From Octopus vulgaris (lineage: Eukaryota), in NCBI GenBank assembly GCA_951406725.2, contig OX597814.1:91822001-91886000 (forward strand): a stretch of 64,000 nucleotides of DNA, given 5' to 3'. The notes beneath the pieces were generated by a model. The model saw only the letters and a list, made by a program, of their open reading frames with translations, did not search any database and was not told the DNA's origin. Made by a program: the position numbers and the translations under genes. Position 1 is the stretch's first letter; every line of letters starts with the position of its first letter. This document shows, one piece after another, positions 1-13,500 of this stretch.

Positions 1-208
1 TGTTTCCATTTGAAGCGAATATATTTTTATTTTTGTTTATTTGTCTATACATATTTTCTTTATAGAGACTTATGCAAAACATTGTATTACACTTTCAACA
101 GTTTAGATGCATTTCAGTTGCCGATTTTCGTTTTTATTACACTAATTTCATTGTTTTTCATATAATCTCTTAAATTTGATATGCTTTAAATTACTCTATT
201 TTGCTTTT

Positions 209-295
209 GGATTTGGTTTGCAAGATTCTTTGTGTTAAATACTAAGGCACTAAAAGAGAATGCCTCTCCCCAGACACAACAGAATTAAATTCTTC
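209..295. repeat. Short fragment of the repeat family that forms the PLE arms at 27400-28097/29345-30028
   Basis: ggatttggtttgcaagattcttt matches ~27406-27428; aggcactaaaagagaatgcctctccccagacacaacag matches ~29990-30028. The two pieces are in opposite element orientations. Confidence 0.65.
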
Positions 296-428
296 TGTTC
301 ATACGTTTATAATTGACTCATTCGCCCTCTCTGCCTATAGCCTTGCCTATCACCTTTTCCCCTAAGCTTCCTTTTTCCTATGACATTCTACCACTACTTA
401 CTCTGCCCACGTTAATCACCTTCTACTC

Positions 429-431
<3 letters not shown>

Positions 432-471
<40 letters not shown>
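432..471. repeat. (CT)n microsatellite
   Basis: Direct reading. Confidence 0.95.
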
Positions 472-473
<2 letters not shown>

Positions 474-3400
474 CCTCTCTTTCTGTCTCTCTCTTTTCTA
501 ACGATCTTCTTTACCGCTACCCATTTTCCCCTCTCACTGATACACCCTCTATTTTGTTTTATGACTTTTATTCCTACATGTTAACACTTTGTCCTTTTCT
601 GACCTCTTGCTTTTTCATTCCTCACTCACTTTTCCTCTCTCTCTAATTCCTTCATTTACTACATCTCCTCCTCTGTCTCTGGGATTCTTTCTCTTTTACT
701 CTGTTTGTAGCATTCTTTACTCATTACGTTTCACCAAACTAAGTATATGCACTCCTCTTGCAACTCTTATGTTAACACTCTCTGCATTTATTTTTTAATT
801 CTCTCCCACTTCTTTGTGTACGATGTAAAGCGTGACTGGAGAAGTCAATGAGCAAACTAACTTTTATATCGGCTATTGTATTTTACTAATAACGCCATGT
901 GACACATTCGGGGATCATGCCAAATACAAATACCGAATGAAAAATGTTGAGTGGAATTATCCTCAATGATTTTCTGATATCCTTTATCAAATTTTTGATA
1001 CAAGCTTTGGAATCTTCAATACAAAATCTAAAATCAAAAATAGAAATCAAATTAAAGTGGGCATAGAATGTAGCTCTTTCTTTTGAGTGTACAGTAACGG
1101 TAGGACAAGTGCTGTTAGTGTTGATGTGACTGCACACGTTAGGGTTCTCCCTCATTGTAGTTTGACTCTTGTAGTTATGTGAAATGCATCTGTTCCTGTT
1201 TGATAGTCGTGTGAATTCAGGTTGATGGTGTAGTGAATAGGCTGTGTAGTTACAGTTGATTAGAGGAAGGAGTATGCAGAAATCTGCAGGTACAGGATAT
1301 AACATTTGAAGTACCAAGTGCATTTAGTTGGATTGTGGTAGATTGCATTGGTAGCAGAGTTTGTTAAATACGCTGCTATAGTCCTGACAATGTACACGTA
1401 GAAAATATTGCCAGTGGGGAAAAAGAAGAGGAGAGAAATAAAAGAAACAAGAGAGAACAACAATAATGTAAAGATGGTGATAGAAATGTTGATAAATTAA
1501 CTTAACCTAAGTTTTATTCCGCTTACAGGAAGAATTACACCCGAACTGGAATGTGTTTCTTGCACGTAAGCGAGTAGAAAAAGTTTCATCCCTCAGGTTT
1601 TGGATATTGGCCGGAAAGGTGACAATATTCAACTCTTTCATTCCATACTTTTGCACTTACTTCTGCTTCCATTGTAAAATTTCACTTTCTCTTCGTTATA
1701 TTCAATGGAGTACTCCTCTCTCGCCTTTCCTTTCAATCGTTAGATCTATTCTGGAGCGAAGGGAAATTTTGTTTCTTTGTATATGCTCTTACGAAGAAAG
1801 AAAACTGAATCTTTTGGTTTATATTCATACAGATGATGATGATGATGCATTGAATACGTTTTATTATGATTTTAAAATATTGGTACCTATGTTACCTAGA
1901 CAACTTTAATTAATATTAGTCGTGTTTATGTTATATTAGCCGTGTTATGTTTTGTGGAGAAATTAATCTTAATTAGGGTTAAAAAACAACAAGTTATGTT
2001 TGTATTTTATTTATTCTCGCATTAGTAACTCCAGTGTAATTAACTCTATCAGCGATTCACTTTTAACATATACTGAATTCTATTAAATCTATTGTATATG
2101 AGTTTTATTAGTGACCGGCCGTCACTAATTTTACGTTATATCGAAAACTTTTATTAATTATTGATACTAATACTAAATTTGTATTAATTTTAATCTTCAT
2201 GTCAATTTGTCTAAACATGGTAATTTCTAGATTGCTCTACTAATCTATATCGTGCCCTCTAATATGTTCCTTTATCTCTTGAAAGATATCTCAAGATAGT
2301 TACATGTCAGCTTAAAGTCTTATGCCTAATTTACATCTCAGTATATACAATGAAATATGCAGAACTGATACGATACTCATGTTCTGCCAAAATTATTAAC
2401 TAGCGCAGCATAGGCTTCGTTTCTATGTTTCTTGATCCAAAATAAATCTTCATAATATATCATAATATTACATAGATGACGGTAATAGTTATAATAGTAA
2501 AACTTTTACCAAATCTTAGTGTAATGAGAAGCAGATATCTACATATTAGAGGTTGAATTGATATCAAACTCAATTAATCTATATCTAAAGAATTTTTGAT
2601 ATATTAAATCTCTGAAATTAACTACGCTTACAATGTTGAATTTTTTCTGGGTAACTGTATTTCCTATAGTGTTGCCATTATGTTCTGTAAGTGAAATCTA
2701 TGATCTACATGTGTTGATACACCGGAAGGGAGCGCCTTCGTGGTCTGTGTTTTAAAAAGGCTAAGCTTTTACTTAGAAACTTTCTGTGTGGAAGAGACTT
2801 TTTAAAAATACTTTTTTTTATGCGTTTATCAAATTTATTCCCACTTAAATATGGTTTTTCAGTTTGAACAAAGTATATTGTAGTAGTACAAGAGAAATTC
2901 TCATATTGACTTTGAATGCAAAATAGATTCTTGTTTATATCGCTAGCGGAGGAGAAATATCCTTAACAGCCCCAGCGCCGAAACTACCAGAACACGTAAT
3001 TTCGATCATCCTTGGTTTTGTTAATGATAGAATCATCAAACCGTAGAGGTAGCAACGTATCACCTCAAGGCCAGTATGTAGTACCATAAATTTCATTTGA
3101 ATAGTTGGTTTTATCGCCAGAGACGAACTGATGTCTAGTGATTTTAAATTAGCTTTCCGTTTATTATTGAAAGCTATTCGCGTGGTTATTGAATTTGTTA
3201 TATCTTTAGAAGATTCAAAATGTTTGTCATAAGTTTTTCCGTTATTTTCTGTTTTGTTTTTTTTTTCTTTCGTTTCCTCTGATGATTAATGAAATTGACT
3301 TGGCTGTATATAGACGCGCTGAGTCAATTTTTTCTAGTGAAACAACTAAATTAATCATGGACCTAGGCACCAATATGTCTTGATATGTTGCCTGATGGAA

Positions 3401-3735
3401 AGAATTCTTGCTTAATACGGATTCTTTTTTAAGATCGAACATTCCTGAGGCCTTCCCTTTTCATTTCGCGCAGCAGTGTAGGCTCGTTTAAAGTACAAGA
3501 ACGTCTCTCAAGTGCTACAAGTATACATAATTTGGTACTAAAGAACGTGGTAGGTAAGAGCGACGACATCACCATAGTAGAGCCGAATTAATTATTTTGA
3601 CTAAAAATATATCCTGTTACAGGAGTCAGAGAGATTCCTGGCCAAATAACAGGAAATTGGTTACGTGGAAGAATTAAACGCCATTGCATATATTGTTTAC
3701 ATATGTGTATGTTATACACACACATATATATATAT

Positions 3736-3806
<71 letters not shown>

Positions 3807-3859
3807 TGTATGTATGTGTGTGTGTCTGTATGTATGTATGTATGTTTGTTCGTATGTAT

Positions 3860-4362
3860 GATGGACTCTCCCGTCGGTTTCGTCGTATAGGCTCCGACAA
3901 CATGCCCTTTCTTTGTCAGTCACAATGCTTATGTGGAATGTGTCATTTCAGTCCTGCCAATGATGTGCAAAGAAGGTCACATGTGCTGCAAGTATGAGGA
4001 TTACACGTCAGTGTAGGTGGTATATTTGCAGCCGCTTTTCTCCTTTGCTTTGCACCCTGAAACCTGTTAATACTGGTGGCAACAACATTTTTAATAACAT
4101 TTTTCTGCAGCTTTCTCCATTTTGTTCGTACCCAGGTTTTTCGCTCAAAGTTGTTCTGCGCTATCTTCATCTCTAAGCGGTTATGCTTCAGCTTGTGCTT
4201 ATATCTGAGACGTGGTCGACCAACATTCCTGTACCCACTCTCAAGCTGGATGTACATGAGGACTTTGGGTATTCTTTTGCTACTCATTCTGACGACATGG
4301 CTAACCCAACGCAATTGTGACTGTATAACAAAGCTCTCAGGAACCTCTCAATTCCACTAATT
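3860..4362 (-). mobile_element. RTE-clade LINE, 3' fragment (C-terminus of ORF and tail)
   Basis: ORF 3943-4314 has [38 protein letters not shown], matching the RTE motif RWxGHVxRM..R.PK..L...R..GRP..RY, then a CxxC..H finger remnant. Flanked by TA/TACA microsatellites. Confidence 0.85.
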
Positions 4363-4393
4363 CCATCACACACACACATATACACACACGCAG

Positions 4394-4465
<72 letters not shown>

Positions 4466-4932
4466 GTGTGTATGTATGTATGTATGTATGTATGTATGTA
4501 TGTATGTACGTGTGTATGCAAGCGTGTACCTGCGAGTAAATATATATGTGAGTTTATGTTTATATGTATATATGTATATATGTATATATATGTATATATA
4601 TATGTATATATACATTAGAAAACCTCGCTAAGATAAGTATTTATTTATATTTAAGATCTTTAAATTGTAAATTTTTATATTTTATAAGTCTTTGGTGTAA
4701 TAATATTTTCCTTGTATAAATATCGTTGTTTATGTAATGATCTAATTATCGTAATTTTCTATATTATTAGATATTAAATTTAAGTTTATTCGTAAGATAC
4801 TACTTAGCGATAGATTTGTTGTCTGATAGCAAGTATATGAGGTGACTAAAGTTAGGCTTTTGTATATACATGTATTAATAGTATTAATTGTAGTTTTAAA
4901 TTTCTTATAATTAAAATTAGATAAACTTTGAT

Positions 4933-4988
4933 AAACTTAGATATGTTTCGACTAAAGATTGGTCCAGGCCATGTCTAACTTAATAGCA
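4933..4988 (-). mobile_element. Isolated copy of the 3' tail of the LINE at 57655-58090
   Basis: aaacttagatatgtttcgactaaagattggtccaggccatgtctaacttaatagca is near-identical to ~57656-57711. Confidence 0.75.
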
Positions 4989-5495
4989 TAACTTAGTTAT
5001 TGTCTTTTTAAATTGATATTCGCTAGTTATTCCCATTGATAATTATATTTATAGTATTTATAGTAATTATTCGATATTATATAACTACGAATTGATTATT
5101 TCTATAAGTATTTTACATAAGATTTCCACAAGTTCGTTTAAGTTTGTGTTGTTTGTATTTTTGAAATTAGCTATTTCATCTTTAAATATGAAAAATTAAT
5201 TTATTAGGTTTTTATTATATGTGCATATATATTTATTTATAGAGATGATTTTAGATCTTAATTATAATATTCATATACATTTATATATTTTCATTGATAA
5301 TTTATATATAATAGTCATTTTTTTTATATTTATGTAATTAGATATAGACTATTACCGATTTTAGACTATTGGTGGGTTTCCTACCTTATAAATTAAAATT
5401 AATATTTAACATTATAATCGATTTTGATATAATCATAATTGTTAAGTTTTAAGTTTCTAGTTTGATAATAGAGTTTATTATAAGTAAAATTATTA

Positions 5496-6629
<1,134 letters not shown>

Positions 6630-7442
6630 TGCATACATACATACATGCATACATAAACACAGTGAGGTATATAACACGTTGCCTAAATACCAATCTTGTG
6701 AAATAAGGCTTCTCAAACCACAAAGGAAAAAGCTGTTTCGAAGACTACAGATCCAATCTACCACTGGAACTGTAAAAATCTATAAAACTTCCCAGAAGTG
6801 TATCACTTAAGTATATATGATCATGTGTTGAAATAAAACTGAATAATGACATACATATAGACGTACCTACTTACACGTGCATATAGCTGTGGTTTAGGAG
6901 AAAGTAAATGAAACATAAGGCTTTAGTGATAGGTAGCGAAATGAAGTCAGTTTTATTCTTTATGATACAAATTGGTGCTACGTGGTAAAGGGAAGGCAAC
7001 GACGTGTGTTGGGACAAGTCATGAACTTGAAATAAGATACTAGAGATGAGAAAAGCGGAAGTATTATGTAGGTCATTTCACCTATTTTGATTTATCTATC
7101 GATATCGATATCGATGCCACTGTATGTGTGTTTTTGTACGTGTATGTGTATGTATATGTGGATGTGCTTATGTGTGTGTGTGTGGATGTGCTTATGTGTG
7201 TGTATGTGTGTGTGCAATAACACTCACTCAGCATGTACGCTAATCGCACGAAATCGAGAAGTCATGATAGTTATGCATTGGGTTAATATGCTATGGACTT
7301 CCCCCTCTCTCTCTCGCCATATATATATATATATATATATGATAAATACCCCAAAAGAAGAACAACCAACACAATAAACAACAATGTGAAGACGTGGTAC
7401 ATTTAAAGTATTAGCAAACGCTCAGGGAAGGAAAGGGAGATG

Positions 7443-7477
7443 GTTTAACGTTTCGAGTAACGGGCTTCTTCAGAAAC
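7443..7477 (-). ncRNA. Minimal type-I hammerhead-like motif (PLE type)
   Basis: Reverse complement gttt-CTGAAGA-agcccgttactc-GAAAC-GTT-aaac: stem I gttt/aaac, palindromic AACGTT stem III, weak stem II. Confidence 0.55.
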
Positions 7478-7649
7478 AGAGTAAAGTGCAATAATAGGGA
7501 AGACGGGGGAAGAATATAGCATGTGGTTACATTTTGAAATGCCATATATATATATATATATATACGTGTATACATACACATATATATATATATGTGTGTG
7601 AAAGAATGTGTGAGAGTATGCATCTATGTATATATAAATGTATATAGGA

Positions 7650-8110
7650 AAACCATGGCTACATTAAGTGGACAACAAATACGTAGCATGGATCTGCTTC
7701 TCTAGGTACCGACTGCAGACCCACCGACTTCTAGTTGCTCCTGTCACCGCTTCATACTCCCTTAGAGCAGCACCGACCATCTCGATTACTATTACGTCGT
7801 CTGCGTAAAGCGACAAGAACGTTCTGCATCCTAGATCACGCCGGATGCTCATTCAAAAATTCAGCTTCCGCAGCAATGGCGCGAGAGTCAGTTTGTACAG
7901 AAGAGGTAAGAATAAACATCCTTGACTGACCGAACGAGCGACGCTAAACGATTCCGATATGTGGCCATATACCTTGACCTTGGAACAGATGTCGCTGTAC
8001 AGTGCAGCGATCCAGCCTCTAAAAACCGAAACTTGCTACCACGAGAACAGCTTCTAAATTGTGGTGGTCGATCCTATTAAATGCTTTCGACTGATCTAAA
8101 TTGATAGACA
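7650..8110 (-). pseudogene. L1/Tx1-like LINE reverse transcriptase fragment, degenerate
   Basis: INLDQSKAFNRIDH (~8060-8105) and LSLYADDV (~7795-7818) RT motifs in different frames. Confidence 0.8.
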
Positions 8111-8569
8111 CGCACACATACACATGCACGCACACACACATATACACATACGGGCACACACATGCGTGAACACCTTCATCTCCATCTACATATGCACAGG
8201 AGCACACGCACAAGCGCTCGCCCACACAAATGTGCACGTATACATAAATGCACATGCACGGGTGCACATGTACATGGGTGACCATATCCAATTGATGTGT
8301 TTCGTCTCGAAGGTCACGAAGTCTCCAGAGAAAGCGCAGCAGAGAAGTGGAGTTCTCTCTGTCTTTGAATCTAAATAAATGCAAGTGCTGGAAGTATCTT
8401 CCCTCGAAGACATTGGCTAGTCACACCATCAGACGGTGTAAGCGTAGCTCTGTATAATGCAGCCTTTACGAGACAGGATCCTCCTAGAGGACAAGTGGTG
8501 GGGTCTCGCCAGTTGCCTGTTGGGATTGCGGGTTGTGTAGGTGCGTCTTTAAGCCTATTGATGCGTGCG

Positions 8570-8723
<154 letters not shown>

Positions 8724-9381
8724 CGTCTTTTTTGCTCTCTGACCATCGAGCTGTGTATCTATTACCTATTTATCACTTTATCACTCTCCCTCTCTCTCTC
8801 TAGTCTTTTCTTTATAACCATCCATTCACGCGTTTATATCTCCCCATCAATAATCTTAAATCAATTCATAGTTAATCAAAATTCCTTAATGTGCAACTAG
8901 CTTCAATATCAGGAAATTCTCTCTTTTGTGCGGATGAATGTGTCTAGTGTTCTGTTATACAATAACGTGCATCTCTTATTTCTTTTATCCATTACACACG
9001 ACTCTTCTTTTCGTCCATAAATACCTTACATTTAGACACGTTTTTCCATCCATTTTCTGGTTATCTTTTACTTTCTCTCACTTTATATTTTCGTCTTTGT
9101 CTCAGTCTGCTTCTCTGTCTGCTTCTCTCTCTCGCTCTCTCTCTCTCTCTATCTCTCTCAACATCTGTGTCTTTGCTTAGCTTACTGTCACTGTCTCTGT
9201 CTCCCTGTCTCTCTGTCTCTCACCCTCTCTTTCCTTTTAATTGTCTAAGTCACTCTGCATCAAACGCTGTTCTGTGAAAATCAGGCATCGATTCATTGGC
9301 ATCGTAATTCAAATTTGACCTAAATTAGTTACAGTTGTGTTACCGTAAATGTGCATGCATTGATTTACTAATGTGAAAAAA

Positions 9382-9460
<79 letters not shown>

Positions 9461-9565
9461 ATATATATATATATACATATATAAGTATATATATATAGAC
9501 ACACACACACACGTACGCGCATATATATCTATATGTATGTGTATATGTATATGTATATGCATATG

Positions 9566-9622
<57 letters not shown>

Positions 9623-10083
9623 CATGTATACACATGCTCACATACATATATGAACAAACATTTATACACGCACACATGTTTTCTGTGGGAAAGTCATTTT
9701 TGTCAATTAACTATACACAAAAATCTCTCACGTACACCGTTCCTCCGTATTAGAACGAAGAGTAATTAAAATGTCAGTATTCTTATCAATTACCAAATAT
9801 CACCTTGCACTTTTGAGATCTTGCCACTGACACAGTTCCACAATATCGCTGAATGTATGTTAAATTCCAATGAATTTATGCAACTTCCCAGGTGTAAAAA
9901 TGTCATTGAAGTTTTCATAATTACGCGAGATGTATTATCTTCTCTGACAACTATGAAATCAATAATATATTTTTAAACCGTTTTTTCTGTAACTAACAGT
10001 TATTTGGTGTGGAATTTCTCCCCTTTTTGGCTCTCTGCATATGTCTGTATATGTTGCATAAATGTATATACGTACTATGTATA

Positions 10084-10518
10084 CGAGGGTGGGCTGAAAA
10101 AGTTCCTGATACTAGAGATGTAAAACTTTGCATGCATTAATTTCATATCTTCTTTTTAACAACTGCATTATTTCTTTCCAGGTAAACTAACATCAGGCTG
10201 TCCAGAGACAACTTCAAATGTGACTAGTAGGCACTTCTTTTGAAAATGAACTCACTTTGGCAGCGTGCAGTTATCAGGTACCTGCAGGAAATGGTTTAGT
10301 CCACAAGGACATTCATGCCAAATTGGTTACTACATTATAGGATGACCCTCCAGTTCTCATCAAATGCGAGCAGCTGAATTTAGGAGGGGAAGGGAGAGTC
10401 TTAATAATGATCCAAAGCTGGACGTCCTGCAACTCCTACCACCGAGGAATACATTGATCGTGTTCCCTACTTAGTCGTCGATGACAGGTGATTGACTATA
10501 AATCAAACAGCGATAATT
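10084..10518 (+). mobile_element. Mariner-family transposon 5' fragment (left TIR plus HTH remnant)
   Basis: TA|cgagggtgggctgaaaaagttc terminus resembles the TIR at 35364/35580; translation fragments AEFRRGRESLNNDP and GRPATPTTEEYIDRV..LVVDDR*LTINQ fit a mariner N-terminus. Confidence 0.75.
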
Positions 10519-10539
10519 TATATATATATATATATATAT

Positions 10540-11432
10540 GAGATTAGTGGAGGGGAAGTACGACGGCTAGCTCGGAGCGAACCTGGACGTCGACGAGGAA
10601 TACCTGACCCACCTGTTCAGGACGACTTTCGGGCCAGGAACCATGGACAACTTCCAGAGATCCCTGGCCTGGCAGTGCTATCGAGAAGCGCTACCCGTTC
10701 GGGATAAGCTCTATAGACACGGCTCGAGAAACACGGGGCCGACCTGCCCGAGAAGCGGTCAGAGCGACGAAACCATTCTGCATGCACTCGTGCAATGTCC
10801 AACAATTTCCGACCTGTGGGCTTATATCGAACGACTCCTGTCACGTGTGGGACGAGTCGGTTTATCAGCCGAGTCTATCGGCAATATTGTCACGCCTCCT
10901 TCCTTCAAACGGGAGGGAAGAGCTATTTTCATCATTCTTGTGGCTATGGCGAAAGAATGTATCTGGTGGACGCATCTGAAAGGATTGGAGACAAACACTT
11001 TCCGCTCTGGTCAATCTCTCATCAACTTCTTCAAGTATCACTTGAAAAGGCAAGTGAGAGTTGAGAGGCAAGTTTTGTCTAGCGACTGTTTCAAAAAATA
11101 GATGGGTGAATGTAGCAAGGATGGCACGTATGACTGACGAAGCCACCTTGAGCATAATCCTATGAACCCGAAAAAAATTAAAACAGAGTGTTACTTACTT
11201 GCAAACAAATGTGTTAACATGTGACATTATTGTCCGAGGTTACCGTGGTTTTTTCCGTAGGCTTTTCTTTCCACGGATAAAACTTATCTGCTTCCCCCTT
11301 TACACTTTACATCATGACATTTCTGTGATACACGATCCCTATTGATCGAAAACCTACCCCCCCTTTTTTTCTCCCCAAAAAGAAAAACTCTACTTTGTAA
11401 TCTGTGTGCAGCCCTGTGTAGCTAATAAAGAA

Positions 11433-11433
<1 letters not shown>
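10540..11433 (+). mobile_element. L1/Tx1-like LINE 3' end (zf-RVT-like domain and 3' UTR)
   Basis: ORF 10643-11101: SLAWQCYREALPVRDKL...TCPRSGQSDETILHALVQCP (CCHC knuckle, second C mutated); ends at aataaag followed by (CA)n. Confidence 0.85.
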
Positions 11434-11503
<70 letters not shown>

Positions 11504-12541
11504 TGTATATATGTATGTACACTCAAACATATATTTCTCAAAAAAAGAACTCCATTCTTTTGCAAATTACACAGGAAATTATGAATCTCCCGTCATAATT
11601 TTTCCTAAGAAAACCTACGAATAAATATTTTTTGTTCTGTATTAAATATTCATAAATGACCTTCTGCATAATTAGAAATGGCATGCATTAATCTATCACT
11701 CTTTATACCTCTATCTCTCACCTAATACATTACCAGCCTCTACGACTTACAAATGCTATCCACTTCAGTTTCCTCTAATCCATTATTTCAGTAAACAGAT
11801 GAATGATTATTTTCTTAGTCACTTTTGTATTCCTTTTATAATCAATAAGTTTTCCATGAATGAATAACGTATAATTTTTGCAAAGTTTAGCAAGCAAGGC
11901 AGCGTCAGCATTCTGTCATTGTTTTTACCTCTATCTCACAGGCTGCTTCCCCCTGCCTGTCAGTCTATCTCAATATATGTATTGATGCATTTACATATAC
12001 ACCTAGACAAGCACTCACAAAGACAAATGCACGCTTTTTACTCAAGTTATCATGCTACAATTTTGGAAAATACGAATATAATTCTTTTGAAAACATCAGT
12101 AAAAATTGGAACGAAAATGACGAATTTGTCTTGTTTTTCAAAACCTAAATATATATCTATTTTCTATTTCTGTTCAACTTAACAGTTAACTTCTTTACAA
12201 TACTACTAAGGTGTCCACACACAGTCAGTTGTATGTTGTTATCAGTAGAGCTGGAAATCTATCAGACTTAAAGACTTTTGCGACTGAGCGTGTATTTACT
12301 ATAATAAAAAGAATTTGCCTGACATCCCACTAAATTAGATAAGAAATTCACAAAAATTATTGTATATTCAGACATTGTGTGTCACAATTTATTCTTTGGG
12401 TATATAATGTTACATACAGAAATATAACATAAAAACTAATATGAAATTTGCTGTATTAAACGATTCTTTCAGTTCGATATGGTTTTTACTTAACTCTTTG
12501 TTGGATACATACCTAAAACTAAGAACATACACCAATGGGTC

Positions 12542-12928
12542 AAGATGGATTTGGTATTAAACCTTATTTTATACAACGTTCGTTTCGACCCGTTCTGCTA
12601 TATTCCTTTGTGTTCGACTCTGTTCAACAAGTGTTGCGTCTATTTTGCAGTCTGGGTCTCGTCAGGTACATTCATTGATGCAGTTGTGTCTCACTAAAGA
12701 TCTAGAGTGTCGGCTACCATGTTGTTATATGCCCGTCTTATAACAACATGGCAGCCGGCATTCAAGATATTTAATGTGACACAAAGTTATCTATGGATGT
12801 ACCTGATGAGACCCAGACTGCAAAATAGATGCAACACTTGTTGAACAGAGTCGAACGCATAAACAACAATTGCAGGACAGGTCGAAGCGAACGTTGTACA
12901 GAATAAAGTTTAATACTAAATTCATCTT
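12542..12928. mobile_element. Palindromic fold-back element (~188-bp arms, 9-nt loop) with a hammerhead in each arm
   Basis: Arms 12542-12729 and 12739-12928 are diverged reverse complements. Confidence 0.85.
12570..12670 (-). ncRNA. Type-I hammerhead ribozyme candidate with long stem II insert
   Basis: Reverse complement tgtac-CTGACGA-gaccc-(~62 nt)-gggtc-GAAAC-gaac-GTT-gtata; all core positions canonical. The + arm copy (12798-12900) has GAAG instead of GAAA. Confidence 0.7.
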
Positions 12929-13043
12929 TTCGTTATTTAATATGATTACCCGAACGGACACTGCGGATGACAGCAGGTAGTCTAAACTGTGCCAGTGCTC
13001 TACTCAAAAACACTAATCGACTTATACCTATTACTCCAAAATA

Positions 13044-13140
13044 TTATTATTATTATTCAGTAGTTTTATTTTTATTTTTATAGCGTGCTTTCACTTCACT
13101 ACCGAGCGCAGCTCTGTGTGCCTTGGGTATGTGCTGTGTG
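13044..13140 (-). mobile_element. 3'-tail-only copy of the Dong/R4-like family at 40850-41267
   Basis: Reverse complement cacagagctgcgctcggtagtgaagtgaaagcacgctataaaa...aaactactgaataataa matches ~41210-41270; ends in (TAA)n. Confidence 0.8.
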
Positions 13141-13219
13141 TAATATTTCTTTTCATTACATGTTTTTGGTAATTTCTGGTGGGGAGGCTTTGGTCTTGTG
13201 CTGCAATTAAAAATCCCTC

Positions 13220-13283
<64 letters not shown>
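13220..13283. repeat. (TTA)n microsatellite
   Basis: Direct reading. Confidence 0.95.
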
Positions 13284-13286
<3 letters not shown>

Positions 13287-13296
13287 ATTAGAAAAC

Positions 13297-13500
13297 GACG
13301 AGTTGAGAGAATCATCAGCACCCGAGCAAATGGTTTAGCGGCAATTCGTTCAACTTTTCGTTCCGAATTCACATTTCTCCCGGCTAGATTTTACCTTTCA
13401 TATTTTCAGGGACAATAAAATAAGTACCAGTTGATCACTTTGATTGATGTAATTGACCTAACCACCGCTACCCACGAAATTACTGACCTTATGTCAATAT
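13297..13500 (+). mobile_element. SINE family B, diverged
   Basis: Similar to 59165-59377 (cgag..gaatc..agca..ttccgaattc..ttacctttcat..aagtaccag). Confidence 0.6.

Noticed and set aside
886-1323. 145-aa - strand ORF of ordinary composition
   Set aside because: No recognisable domain, no convincing splice context and no supporting neighbours.
2380-3560. Possible very old PLE remnant on the - strand (VIYVIL*YIMKIYFGS resembling GIY-YIG; KLCILVALERR)
   Set aside because: Only scattered weak motifs in AT-rich sequence; needs a profile search to support.
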